DNA of 64,000 nt, from contig OZ241867.1 of NCBI GenBank assembly GCA_965203175.1, forward strand, positions 2,432,001 to 2,496,000. The letters run 5' to 3'. Of the stretch, positions 46,873-56,448 are shown in pieces. Under the pieces are notes generated by a model, which searched no databases, was not told where the DNA came from, and saw only the letters and a list, made by a program, of their open reading frames with translations. The DNA is from Candidatus Latescibacterota bacterium. GTDB lineage: Bacteria > Latescibacterota > UBA2968 > UBA8231. How positions within the stretch are numbered: position 1 is the stretch's first letter; every line of letters starts with the position of its first letter. Both the position numbers and the translations under genes were made by a program.

Positions 46873-48257
46873 CAGGGTCCGGCCACAATGATGTCCACGG
46901 CCGCGTAGAGCCGAGCTTGAACCCAGCCGTTTTCGTCGCTTTTGACGGGCACGAGCAAAATTTCGCCGAGGGCCGCGACCTCCTCGGCCTGTTGCAACTG
47001 CTGCAAGAAGGAGTTGATCTGCTGAGGGGACCCAAGGCCCTGCAGTTTTTGCCGCTGGTAGGTGCGCGCCGGCGACATGGACCTATGGATAGGCTTTTGG
47101 ATCGACAGACTGTCTAGGCCGCTCGCATCGGCCCAGCGGGCTACCTTGCCGAAGAATTGCTCCGCTTGGCTAGCCGAGAGGGCGGCTAGTGGAGAGGTGT
47201 CCTGATCGGCAAAGCGGCCTTGGATTGCAAAGCGCAGCGTGCGCTCCTCCCGCCAAGTCGAAAACGAAACCTGCGATGGCAACGCTTGCAAGCTAAGCCT
47301 GAACATGCGCAATACTTTGTGCGAAGGGCTGGTTCCCTCTAGCCAATACTCCCCGGTCGAGTTACAGATCAGCGAAGCCACGCGAATCCCGGCGGGAACC
47401 TGTTCGTCAATCCGCATGATTTGGAGGCAGGCCGTGCTGCGCTGGGACGAGGGGGCTTGGGACGGCATTGGAGCGGGTGTGGAGGAACTGGGTGTGGCTT
47501 CTGGTTGGACCACGGGACTGGGGGCGATTTCTCGCACCGGACTCGGAGAGACCTCTTGTTGCGCCACGGGTTTAGAGAGGACCTCTTGCTGTGCCACGGA
47601 ACTTGGCACTGTATCTCGCTGTGCCACAGGACTAGGCAAGGTGTCTTGCTGTGCCGCATAACCGAGGGAGACCTCTTGCTGTGCCGCGGGCTTGGATTCG
47701 ATTTCTTGTACGGGGCTAGGCGTGGTCTCTTGTTGCGCCACGGAACTTGATGTGACCTCTTGCTGTACCATCACTGGCTTGGGCGTGGCCTCTTGTTCCG
47801 CTATGGGCTTGGGGGAGATTTCTTGTTGTACTACGGGGCTTGGTGTGGCCTCCTGTTGTGCCACGGAACTTGGCACTGTATCTCGCTGTGCCACAGACGT
47901 AGGAGTGCTTTCCTGCTGCTCTACAGGACTGGAGGCGACCTCTTGCGCCGGGCTTGGTGCGGGTTCTCGCTGCGCCGTGGGCTCAGGTATACTCTCTTGC
48001 TGTACTACGAGGCTTGGTGAGGAGTCTTGCACCGTGGGCTTGGGTTCGATTTCTCGCGGTACTACGGGACTGGAGGCGGCCTCTTGCTCTTGCCGCGCCG
48101 CGGGACTGAGGGGGGAATCCGCGCTGAAAAGCGATCCCGCCAGCGCGGGGAAGAACAGATGGAGGCCATACAGTCCTCCACAGACGACCAAGATCGAAAG
48201 CAAGGCTTTTGGCCAAGACCACCGCCGCTGGCGGTCGAGAAGATCGACGTGGATCAT
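46872..48257 (-). CDS. PilN-like protein with repeat linker and C-terminal PilO-like domain
   Basis: Start MIHVDLL (INLL-like) overlapping the pilM stop (ATGA), TM helix, repeat linker, two predicted ferredoxin-like modules. Confidence 0.6.
   Translation of the reverse strand: MIHVDLLDRQRRWSWPKALLSILVVCGGLYGLHLFFPALAGSLFSADSPLSPAARQEQEAASSPVVPREIEPKPTVQDSSPSLVVQQESIPEPTAQREPAPSPAQEVASSPVEQQESTPTSVAQRDTVPSSVAQQEATPSPVVQQEISPKPIAEQEATPKPVMVQQEVTSSSVAQQETTPSPVQEIESKPAAQQEVSLGYAAQQDTLPSPVAQRDTVPSSVAQQEVLSKPVAQQEVSPSPVREIAPSPVVQPEATPSSSTPAPMPSQAPSSQRSTACLQIMRIDEQVPAGIRVASLICNSTGEYWLEGTSPSHKVLRMFRLSLQALPSQVSFSTWREERTLRFAIQGRFADQDTSPLAALSASQAEQFFGKVARWADASGLDSLSIQKPIHRSMSPARTYQRQKLQGLGSPQQINSFLQQLQQAEEVAALGEILLVPVKSDENGWVQARLYAAVDIIVAGP
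47485..48075 (-). repeat. Degenerate ~30-bp coding tandem repeat (VAQQE-x-x-P-S/K-P/S)
   Basis: About 18-20 units such as VAQRDTVPSS, VAQQEATPSP, VVQQEISPKP. Confidence 0.85.
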
Positions 48258-49141
48258 CGCACTAACCCCCGCTGAGCCAGCCCGACGGCAATGGCATACG
48301 CGGACCGCTGCGTGGGCGTGGCGCTGCCGAGCAGCCTGGGATTGACTGCGGCGAGTGGATCGAGGATTGAATGCGGCACCTTCAAATGCGTGGCCAAGCC
48401 CTCGCTCCAATACACGACGCCGGCGCCCCACAGGCGTTGGAGGCTGTTGCCGCTCTCGCTCAGCAGCTTGCGTGCCGCGCCTTCTAAGGCTGCGGCCGCA
48501 TCGTCCTCTTCCTCCCAGACGCAACTGGTTAGCGCGGCCAGTTCGCCTTCCTCTGTCAGCAGGAGCCAAGCCTCGCCCATATCCGCATAAAGCAGGAGCG
48601 AGAACTTATCTTTGGCGAGCAGGTTGGCGCATTCGCCGGCGTTGTATAGGGCAAACGGCGCTAGATCCACGTCGAGCCGATCGACCGCTGTCTCCTTGCC
48701 TAGGGTGCGGTAACAGTCAAGGGCGCGGCTGCGAGCCGCGACCACAAAACCCCACTGCGATGTCAGCACAAAATCGCAGCGAAACGCCTTCGCCTCTCCG
48801 GCCAAAATCTGCTCGGACTCCCACAGGAGCTGTTCGCGGTTTTCCTGCACAGTCCCCGCCACGAGGGGCCGTCGTTGAACGAGACCCAAGCGCCGGTCCA
48901 ACGAAAAACAGGTGTTGCTGTAGTCAAAATCGTAAGTCTTTGCGAGCGTGGCTAGTTGGGCGGCTAGCCCTTGCCGCTGCTGCTTGTCGTTCAGGGCTGC
49001 CGGGTCGAAGGGCCGTTCTAGCTCGTCGGTCACCAAAACTAGTGGCCGGACGTCAGTGCGTCCAGCATCTAGGGCGGCGACGCGCACGGTTTGACCACTG
49101 ATGTGGATCCCAGTGGCTTTTGTTCTGCCAAATCCAAACAA
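48254..49141 (-). CDS. PilM-like actin-fold pilus assembly protein
   Basis: GIHISGQTVRV N-terminus, DVDLAPFALYN, YAIAVGLAQRG C-terminus; competence-gene context. Confidence 0.7.
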   Translation of the reverse strand: MFGFGRTKATGIHISGQTVRVAALDAGRTDVRPLVLVTDELERPFDPAALNDKQQRQGLAAQLATLAKTYDFDYSNTCFSLDRRLGLVQRRPLVAGTVQENREQLLWESEQILAGEAKAFRCDFVLTSQWGFVVAARSRALDCYRTLGKETAVDRLDVDLAPFALYNAGECANLLAKDKFSLLLYADMGEAWLLLTEEGELAALTSCVWEEEDDAAAALEGAARKLLSESGNSLQRLWGAGVVYWSEGLATHLKVPHSILDPLAAVNPRLLGSATPTQRSAYAIAVGLAQRGLVR

Positions 49142-49170
49142 TCCAACCCCCTCTCCTGCGAAGTGAACCT

Positions 49171-49560
49171 CTACTTCACTATGAGCAAAGGACGGAGCTT
49201 TTCTAGCGTCTTCGCGCCGATGCCATTGACTTCAGTTAGTTGCTCCAGCCGTTTGAAAGGACCTCGCTCGCGGCGAAAGGCGACGATCCGCTCGGCGATC
49301 TTGGGGCCGACTGCCGGCAGTGCGACTAGCTCGGCGATTGTAGCCGAATTTAGCGAGAGCGGCCCTTGTTTGGCTACTACCTTTTCGAGCGGTGGCGGCG
49401 GAGCTACCGCTCGCGGCACGACGCTGAATTCCTCTAGGCGCGATGGGCGATACCAATCGCTTACGGCGACGAGCATCCCTATGATTAGGGCCACTGTCAG
49501 GCCGATGAGCGCGCGTTGCTCGCGTTCATTAAACAAAAATATCTCCCACAACCGCGCCAA
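49171..49560 (-). CDS. comEA: ComEA family HhH DNA-binding protein
   Basis: LNSATIAELVALPAVGPKIAERIV.FR...GPF...L.EVNGIG.KT. Confidence 0.9.
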   Translation of the reverse strand: MARLWEIFLFNEREQRALIGLTVALIIGMLVAVSDWYRPSRLEEFSVVPRAVAPPPPLEKVVAKQGPLSLNSATIAELVALPAVGPKIAERIVAFRRERGPFKRLEQLTEVNGIGAKTLEKLRPLLIVK

Positions 49561-49569
49561 GCAATATGC

Positions 49570-52500
49570 TCAGCGGAGGAAGAACGTGCCAGAAAGCCGA
49601 ACCTCGCGGATCTTCCGCGTCTTGTCTCTGAGGAGGTCTTTGTTGTTCTCGATGCGAATCCGCCCCTCGCCGCGGAAGTTCGCACTGAAGTTATAGGTCA
49701 TGGTCAACTGCGTGCGCCAGATGTTTTTTTTGTCGTTGGGGACGCGCTCTTCGTCTCCCGTGGCGATGGAACGCGTTTCTGCTTCAAACTTCTGTTCCAA
49801 GTTGAGAGTGACGTCGCTTTTGAGGCGGCCTAGCAGGGGCAACCGCTGCGGCTTGAGATTATGAGTGATCTTGAACGTGGTAGTCACTCGCTCTCTGTCT
49901 TGGGTACCGCGCAGAGGCTGAGTGCCGCCGCTCTGTTCACCTAGTTCAAAATCTCGACTCTCCGAGGTGGAGATCACGCGTTCGATGGTCGTCGTCGGTC
50001 CCCAGCGCCAGCGGCCGTTCCACGACGCTCTGAACTCGGTTTTGGTTTCCTCAGAGACCAGGTGACCGGGCATGAGGCTGCCCGCTCCCTCGCTGGCTTC
50101 CGAGGTTTCGAAACTGGCATTTACCTGCGCGCTGTTGATCACCCTCTTTATCAAGGGAAGCCGATCGGCTCGCCCCCAACTGAGGCTCAAGCGCGGGAAG
50201 GTCCGGTCGTTGCGCAGGCGCAGCCGTTGCTGCGAAGCACCGGTATTCTCTGAGGTCTGCTCCTTGGAGTTGACCTTGATGCTGATACCAAAGGGCAAGC
50301 GCATCCCCGAGCCGGCCTCAAACGAGGCCGTCTGCGACCAAGTGTCTCGGAGGGTCAACCCTTGGGAAACTTGTCGCACCCGCAGGGTGTCTTCGAGACC
50401 GAGTTGATAGGAGAGCGAGGGCCGATGCAGCAAGTTGAAGTGGCGCGCCTTGGCGTTGTGCCGCCAACTGGCGTTGACCGGCTCGACGATGCGGCCGGTC
50501 CACCCGGCGAAACGGCGGAAGATATTGGGGCCTTTTTGCTGTTTGGTCTGGTTTTCCTTCTGTTCGGTTTGGCTTTTTTGCTGTTCGGTTGGGCCTTTCT
50601 TTGAGATTGGCTCGTCCTCGTCTGCGTCTCGATTTTGGTTTTGGTTTCGGTCGTCGGGCCGCTGTGCCCTGCGGCTTTGCCCCGGGGACTCGCCCAAGTT
50701 CTTGAGCAAGGTCGGGATTTTGAGATTGAGGCGTGCGGAAAGGTCGTTTTGATTGCGGATTTCGAGGGTCTTGAACGTCAGACCGCTGATCGGATCGATC
50801 GGGGCCACCCCGCGCCGCTGCGCTGGGTCGTTTTGCTCCTCGTAAGTGGCCTTGAAGGTGTAATTTTGGTCCAGCCACGAGACTAAGCGCAGCGAAAGAC
50901 TGAGGTCGGCCGTTTGTCGGCGCCCGACTTCGCGCCCAAAGCTCCGCTTGTCGAGGACGAATTTTTTCCGCAAATCTCGGTTGATTTTGAGATTGTAGTT
51001 GGTCGATAGACCGGTGAGTGGACTGAGCTTAGAGGCATAGGTTTCGACGAGCGTGAAGTCCTCCTGCTCGGTCGGCTCGTCGTCGCCGCGGCGCAGCAGT
51101 CGCGAGGTGCGCCGGCTGCCGTTGACCGAGTAGGTCAGGCTCGAAGGTAGCGGACGGAACTCCATCCGCGTCCAGTTGTTGGGCACGAACGACGGCAGCC
51201 AGCCCATGATCCGCACCGCTGGCTTGGGCAGGGGCATGCTGTAGTTGAAGTTCATCGTCTGAGCCTCGCGCTCGTTGATCGGGCGCACCGGGTCCGAGCT
51301 GTGTTCGCGCGAATGCGACAGCCGCAGGTTCATCTGGTCGAGGGTCCAGCGCAAGAAGAAGTTTTTGCCTTGGCGCCGGCTGATGGACACGTCGTAGAAC
51401 TCTTTGGAGCGGACGGCTTGTTGCTCTAGCTTTTCTTCGGCGGTTAGCTCTACGTCCGATCCAGGGCCGAAGCGCGGCAAGCTGGTCGTGCGGCTGACAT
51501 TTACCTTGAGTGGCATCAAAAATCCCCAGCTACTCGGCAGGAGCTTTTGCGCGTTGGTAGAGACCGCTAGCGCGGCTTCGCGGTCCGTGCTGTTGCCTCC
51601 TTGGCCGGTAAAGCTGCGAAAATTTTCCTGTCGCCAGAGCACATTGCCACCGAAGCTGGCAACGTCGGCCAGCTTGGTGTTGAGCTGAGCGTACGCGGCT
51701 AGCCCAGGGTCGTTGCGCGCCTCGTCGAGGCGAAGTTCGTCGAGCAAGACCCGGCCGCTATACGCGCGGTTTTCCGCTCGGTTGCGCAGGCCGACGCTCA
51801 GTTGCTTGATCGACTGCATCGACGGATTGCCGCGCACCCGGTAAATGGCTTCCTCGCCGCTGCGCAGGCCCGACCGCGCAAAAACTTGGTCTAGGGAGAA
51901 GCGCTCGACTTGGGGGTCGTAGCCGGCCGCGTACAGCGCTTCCAGTTCGCGTTGAGCGATCAAGGTCTTGCCGTCTAGCGGTGCCCCACGCGGATCGATT
52001 ATCCGGTAGGTGTAGTAGAACTCTCCCGTGGTGGTGTCGGCCTGCCCAGATTGCAGGAGGGCCTTGAGCTGGGAGATGACGGGCAGATCCACATCTACTT
52101 GGTTGCCCTTCCAGCCCTTGCGCCCTCCCTCCCAACCCGGGAAGATGGGGCTGATGGCCTCGTAGTAGTTGGTCGAATCCACGCCAAAGCGCACGAAGAG
52201 TACCAAGTCGCTCGAATCGCCGTGTGCGTATTCAATGGTCCCGCTCGAGTCGCCATAGACGTACATGCGCAGCCGCTCATAGCTGGTGTAGTTGGCAGAG
52301 CGGGTCAGGATTCTGGTCGCCGACATCTGGTGCCCAGGTTCTAGGTTTTCGTAGGCCAGCACCAGCGACTGCTCGCGTTCGCGGGTGCGCGACTGCACAT
52401 TGCGGCGAATCTTCACGCCGGGCGGCGGCCGGTAGCTCTGGCTCTTGTCGGTGCCGATGACCGTGATGTCGAGGATCTCGCGGTCGCCGATCGGGAAGCG

Positions 52501-55500
52501 CTCGTCGAGCCGCACTACGTCGTCTTCCTGCCATTTGTTGCCCACGATCTCCACGAGCGCGATCTCGGCTCGCACGGGGTCTTCTACCTCCGGCCGCGGA
52601 CCGCTCGAAAGCATCAGGCGCGCGTATTCGATGCGGGTGGAGTCGGGCAAGCCCACGCGCTCGACATGGGGGCCGAACAGGGGCACTCGGAGCTGACGCC
52701 AGCCCTCGTTTTGGGTGCCGGCGACCTCGTAGTCGCCCGACGACAGGTCGATCTCGTACTGGTAGTAATTGTTGCGTCGGTCGAGCACGCCGTTGCCGTT
52801 GAGGTCTTCTGTGTCTGGCCGATCGCCGCTTTCAACGTCTTTTTTGTTGTTCTCGGTTCCGTTGATATGGCGGTAGTCGTCCTCGTTGCGCTGGTGGTCG
52901 TATTTCCAGTTGTCCCCTTCGGGGTCGTCGGCCGAGCGGTTGGGGCGCAGGGGATCGGGGTCCGGGTAAAGCGCGGTGAAGGCCTGCTTCCGCTCGGCTA
53001 AGGAGCGGGTGGTGTCGAAGGCGGCGTCTTGCAGGCGCAAGTAGAAGTTCAACTCGGCCTCGTCGTCGCGGCCGTCGATACCCACGTCCTCTTCCCGCGA
53101 CACCAATCCGTCGCCTGCTGCTTGCCCGGGGAAGGGCTCGTCTTCGGTGTCGAGGCGGCCGTTGGCGATGTAGTCCTCGTTGATTTGGTCGCCCAAGTTC
53201 ACGTACAAGGTGCCTTCTCGGCCCCGGACCCATATCTCTATGAACTTGGACTCGGAAAAGTCGTTGACGGTTGAGAAGGCGAAGGAGATTCCTCCCCAAG
53301 ACTTGGGGATTTCGGGGCGCGGCGTCAGCTCCATCGCCAGGATGTCGGTGCGCCGATTTTGGGCTTCGATTTGCTCTTCTTGGTTGGGCCAAATGTCGGT
53401 GCGCAGCACTCCGTCGTAGGGATTGTACCAAATGAAGCGCGCGCGATTTTCCGCGCCAAAGCGCTCGTCCTTCGGTGCGCTGGCTGGTACCCAGCGCGGG
53501 CGGTTGACGACCAGTGAGGTGGGCCGCTCGCTGTCTTCAAAGTCGTCGATGTACCCGCGCCCCTTGGTGTTGAGATTGGGACGGCTTTGCGCGACTTCGG
53601 CATCTAAGGTCACTTCTGAAGGAACGGCCGTCTTGATCAGCGGCAGCATGTCGACGACGCGGGTGAGGAGCGGCACCTCTCTCCGGACGCGCAAGTCGAA
53701 GTTCCATATCACTGTGCGCTTCGGCTCGTTGCCCACCCGTACCCGCCGGTCGCTCGAACGTTCGTTGTTGTAGATCATGGTGCTGCCCACGCGCCCGTCG
53801 CCCTCCCAGAATTCGTACTCAGTGCGCAGTCCCAACAGGGTTTTTTGCTGACTGCCGATGTTGAAGACGTCCTCGGACTCAAAGGTAATTTCCAAGTCGG
53901 TGCCGGGATCGGCCACTTCCTGAGCGACCGAGCCGATAAACGTCACACTGCCCGTGTAATCGACTCGGTAGTCGGTATCCCGCGTCAGTGGGCGGCCGTT
54001 TAGCTGGACTTCCACGGTTTCGGGCCGGACGCCGCCGAAGATGCCGCCTAGCCGAATGCGCTGCTCCGAGGAGGCAGCGCGGACGAGGATTTTATAGCGG
54101 CTAGCCTCGATCTGGGCGCGCTGCTGCTGCTCGTTGTAGATGGCGGGGACGGGTTCGTCGAGCAGGCCGCGGTATTTGTCGGAGCGCGGATCAAAGGGGC
54201 GCTGGTCAGGGAAAATCAAGTGCCCGCGGATGTCGTCCAGCCCGATGTAGTCGGCGTCGACGACGCGGTCAGGCGCGCTACCGGGATCTTTGCCGCGCTC
54301 GTCCAAACCCAAAAGTTGCAAATAGGAGCGGCCCTGCTGCGAAAGTTGATCCTCTTGACCGGGCACTTCCTTGGCGATATCGACCTGCAAAGTCTTGGGA
54401 TCGAAGCGGCGGCCAGTGGAAAACCCGGAGGCAATGCGGTACACGTTTTTCCACTCTAGGTTCCAAGTGGGAAAACCTGGACGGGCATTGCGGGCCTTGA
54501 TCAGCTTCAGGTGCAGGGAGTCGGATTCTGCGCCCGCGTTGAGCCGAGCCGTCTCGTGTTGGAGGGTGCCATCGAAGTCCGGCGCACGAGTTTTGAAATG
54601 CACGGCCATGGCATGGGGATCGGATACGGCTCTGTTGAGGATGATATAACCAGCCTCAGCCAAGATCTCATAGTCTTCGTCCGGGTCGAGCCGGTGCCAG
54701 GTTCCCTCCTCAAAGCAGCCGCTGTTGCTCAGGCGATTGCCCGCTGAGTCAAAGCACTCGATGGTGGAAAGGGAGTCGGACGGATCGACCCAAGCAACGC
54801 CGGGCTTGGCGAACAGCTCAGCGTCATTTCTCGTATTGAAGTCGTTGATATAGACTTCAAGGCGACTGATATCGACGAAGTTTTCTGCGCCAAACTGCGG
54901 TCCATCCAACAGCCGGCGGAAGTTGGGGAGGTGGGCGCGGTAGAACTCGTGCAGAAAGAAATACGTGTTGCGGATGTATTGATAGTCTTTGAGTTGGAGC
55001 GTATCGATGGCTGCTCCGCCCTTAAAGGTCTGGCGGTTGGATTTGCTCTTTTCGTGGCTGGCGACGGTCGTAAAGGCCAGCGGGCCGACCTGCCCCTTAG
55101 TGCGGATGCCGAAGAGACCCTTGTTCTTCTGCCGGAAGCCGACGAAGCGAGTATTGGGCAGTTCTAGGGTAGTGTTGCCGGCCTGCACCTCTTGGAATAT
55201 GGAGTCCTCTTCGCCTTCGTAGTCGAGCTTGATCTGGTTGGATAGCTGATCGCCCATATTGGAGCTAAAGGCCGAACCGAAGTCTTGGGTGTTTTGGTCG
55301 ATGCGTATGTTGATCAGTTCGCCGACTTTGCCTTCCACTGTGAAATCGGATTCCTGTTCGATGCCCAGCGAGGGGAACTTGGAGCTTCGTCCGTATGAGG
55401 TCTGCACTTCGCCATCGGTCCACTCGCTCTTGCCAGAAATGATAATGGTGCGCGAACCATTGAGCGCGAGACTGGGGCCTTTGTCGCCGATAAAACGCCG

Positions 55501-55959
55501 CAGGGGCTTGGGCGCGGAAAAGGGCACAGTCCACTCAAAGCGGTTACCCTTGCGCCGACGCTGCTCGGAGGCTGTGCTGCGGAAGTCGCGGCGGATTTGC
55601 TGGTGCCAAAGCTGACGGTGCTTGGCTTGGTATTCCATGCGAAAATAGTCGTTTAGATTCACGGCGACCGCTGGTCCTTCGGCGAATCCGCTGACGCGGC
55701 GGCCGTAGTTGGCCATTCCCAATGAGTCCACCGCGGCTTGGTACGAGATTGGCGCGCGGCTGGGGGCGGGCAAGAGCGGTTGGCCAGCCCCAAAGGCGGC
55801 TTGGTGAGGGACTGTAAAGCGCTGAGAAAGCGGGCCGTACAGCGGCTCAAAGTGCAGGCCAGGCTCGGCGTGTGCCCCCGCCGCGAGCAAGCAAACACAC
55901 AGCCACTGAGACCAGGAAAGCGCTTGGAAGAAAAAGCGGAGCAACACCTCTAAATTCAC
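49570..55959 (-). CDS. sprA: T9SS outer-membrane translocon SprA/Sov-like protein
   Basis: 2129 aa; VEGKVGE, NQIKLDYEGEEDSIFQEVQAGN, GLFGI, WNLEWKNVY, YIDDFE, PDTEDLNGNG, DELRL; beta-strand C-terminus; exact start uncertain. Confidence 0.85.
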   Translation of the reverse strand: MNLEVLLRFFFQALSWSQWLCVCLLAAGAHAEPGLHFEPLYGPLSQRFTVPHQAAFGAGQPLLPAPSRAPISYQAAVDSLGMANYGRRVSGFAEGPAVAVNLNDYFRMEYQAKHRQLWHQQIRRDFRSTASEQRRRKGNRFEWTVPFSAPKPLRRFIGDKGPSLALNGSRTIIISGKSEWTDGEVQTSYGRSSKFPSLGIEQESDFTVEGKVGELINIRIDQNTQDFGSAFSSNMGDQLSNQIKLDYEGEEDSIFQEVQAGNTTLELPNTRFVGFRQKNKGLFGIRTKGQVGPLAFTTVASHEKSKSNRQTFKGGAAIDTLQLKDYQYIRNTYFFLHEFYRAHLPNFRRLLDGPQFGAENFVDISRLEVYINDFNTRNDAELFAKPGVAWVDPSDSLSTIECFDSAGNRLSNSGCFEEGTWHRLDPDEDYEILAEAGYIILNRAVSDPHAMAVHFKTRAPDFDGTLQHETARLNAGAESDSLHLKLIKARNARPGFPTWNLEWKNVYRIASGFSTGRRFDPKTLQVDIAKEVPGQEDQLSQQGRSYLQLLGLDERGKDPGSAPDRVVDADYIGLDDIRGHLIFPDQRPFDPRSDKYRGLLDEPVPAIYNEQQQRAQIEASRYKILVRAASSEQRIRLGGIFGGVRPETVEVQLNGRPLTRDTDYRVDYTGSVTFIGSVAQEVADPGTDLEITFESEDVFNIGSQQKTLLGLRTEYEFWEGDGRVGSTMIYNNERSSDRRVRVGNEPKRTVIWNFDLRVRREVPLLTRVVDMLPLIKTAVPSEVTLDAEVAQSRPNLNTKGRGYIDDFEDSERPTSLVVNRPRWVPASAPKDERFGAENRARFIWYNPYDGVLRTDIWPNQEEQIEAQNRRTDILAMELTPRPEIPKSWGGISFAFSTVNDFSESKFIEIWVRGREGTLYVNLGDQINEDYIANGRLDTEDEPFPGQAAGDGLVSREEDVGIDGRDDEAELNFYLRLQDAAFDTTRSLAERKQAFTALYPDPDPLRPNRSADDPEGDNWKYDHQRNEDDYRHINGTENNKKDVESGDRPDTEDLNGNGVLDRRNNYYQYEIDLSSGDYEVAGTQNEGWRQLRVPLFGPHVERVGLPDSTRIEYARLMLSSGPRPEVEDPVRAEIALVEIVGNKWQEDDVVRLDERFPIGDREILDITVIGTDKSQSYRPPPGVKIRRNVQSRTREREQSLVLAYENLEPGHQMSATRILTRSANYTSYERLRMYVYGDSSGTIEYAHGDSSDLVLFVRFGVDSTNYYEAISPIFPGWEGGRKGWKGNQVDVDLPVISQLKALLQSGQADTTTGEFYYTYRIIDPRGAPLDGKTLIAQRELEALYAAGYDPQVERFSLDQVFARSGLRSGEEAIYRVRGNPSMQSIKQLSVGLRNRAENRAYSGRVLLDELRLDEARNDPGLAAYAQLNTKLADVASFGGNVLWRQENFRSFTGQGGNSTDREAALAVSTNAQKLLPSSWGFLMPLKVNVSRTTSLPRFGPGSDVELTAEEKLEQQAVRSKEFYDVSISRRQGKNFFLRWTLDQMNLRLSHSREHSSDPVRPINEREAQTMNFNYSMPLPKPAVRIMGWLPSFVPNNWTRMEFRPLPSSLTYSVNGSRRTSRLLRRGDDEPTEQEDFTLVETYASKLSPLTGLSTNYNLKINRDLRKKFVLDKRSFGREVGRRQTADLSLSLRLVSWLDQNYTFKATYEEQNDPAQRRGVAPIDPISGLTFKTLEIRNQNDLSARLNLKIPTLLKNLGESPGQSRRAQRPDDRNQNQNRDADEDEPISKKGPTEQQKSQTEQKENQTKQQKGPNIFRRFAGWTGRIVEPVNASWRHNAKARHFNLLHRPSLSYQLGLEDTLRVRQVSQGLTLRDTWSQTASFEAGSGMRLPFGISIKVNSKEQTSENTGASQQRLRLRNDRTFPRLSLSWGRADRLPLIKRVINSAQVNASFETSEASEGAGSLMPGHLVSEETKTEFRASWNGRWRWGPTTTIERVISTSESRDFELGEQSGGTQPLRGTQDRERVTTTFKITHNLKPQRLPLLGRLKSDVTLNLEQKFEAETRSIATGDEERVPNDKKNIWRTQLTMTYNFSANFRGEGRIRIENNKDLLRDKTRKIREVRLSGTFFLR

Positions 55960-56191
55960 ACCTATCGACGTCTATTGTTTGACATGCTCCCAAACCCCCA
56001 AGGGACGGGAGTCTGAGGCGTCAAACAGCGAGCTATCACCAAATACTTTCGGCGTGCTGCTCGCCAGTCTCAATGAAGAAAACGGTCTTTCAATTGAGGT
56101 TAGCGGAAGCGACTCAGAAGCCTTCACTTGTGGCTCGGCTGGCAAGAGCAATGCACCGAGCGGCTTCTGTATTAACCAAACGCGATAGGCG
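55959..56191 (-). ncRNA. Candidate multi-helix structured 5' leader RNA of sprA
   Basis: Closing stem plus four contiguous hairpins, with G-U wobbles all consistent with the minus strand (see findings). Confidence 0.55.
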
Positions 56192-56248
56192 GTCTCCAAA
56201 CCCAAAAACAGGAGGATGCTGCCCAGACGAAGCGGGCAACTACCTGAA

Positions 56249-56277
56249 AACATAGCACGCGGCTGCGATTATTTCAA
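56249..56277 (-). promoter_or_regulatory. sigma70-type promoter for the sprA leader
   Basis: TTGAAA-N17-TATGTT with TGn extended -10. Confidence 0.6.
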
Positions 56278-56448
56278 GGAAGCCCTTGCAAAAACCATTC
56301 CCGTTGTGCGGCGCAGTGCGCGTTTTTTGGACGGCGACCTAAGTCATTATATTTGAGGAAACTAGGTCCGTGGCCCGTCCGGGGTATCCCCGCTTGCGAT
56401 GGGGTGCCCTGAGTGCCGCGCACTACAGCCTTGTATCCCTTTCGACCC

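Noticed and set aside
55959-56191. Lysine riboswitch (five-way junction, GCCGAA...UUGG)
   Set aside because: Lacks the AGAGGUGC start and the expected order of conserved elements, and the downstream gene is unrelated to lysine; cmscan is needed to exclude it formally.
55972-56253. 93-aa ORF upstream of sprA
   Set aside because: Its ATG lies inside the predicted -10 box, it has no SD or recognisable motif, and the region is better explained as a structured leader.
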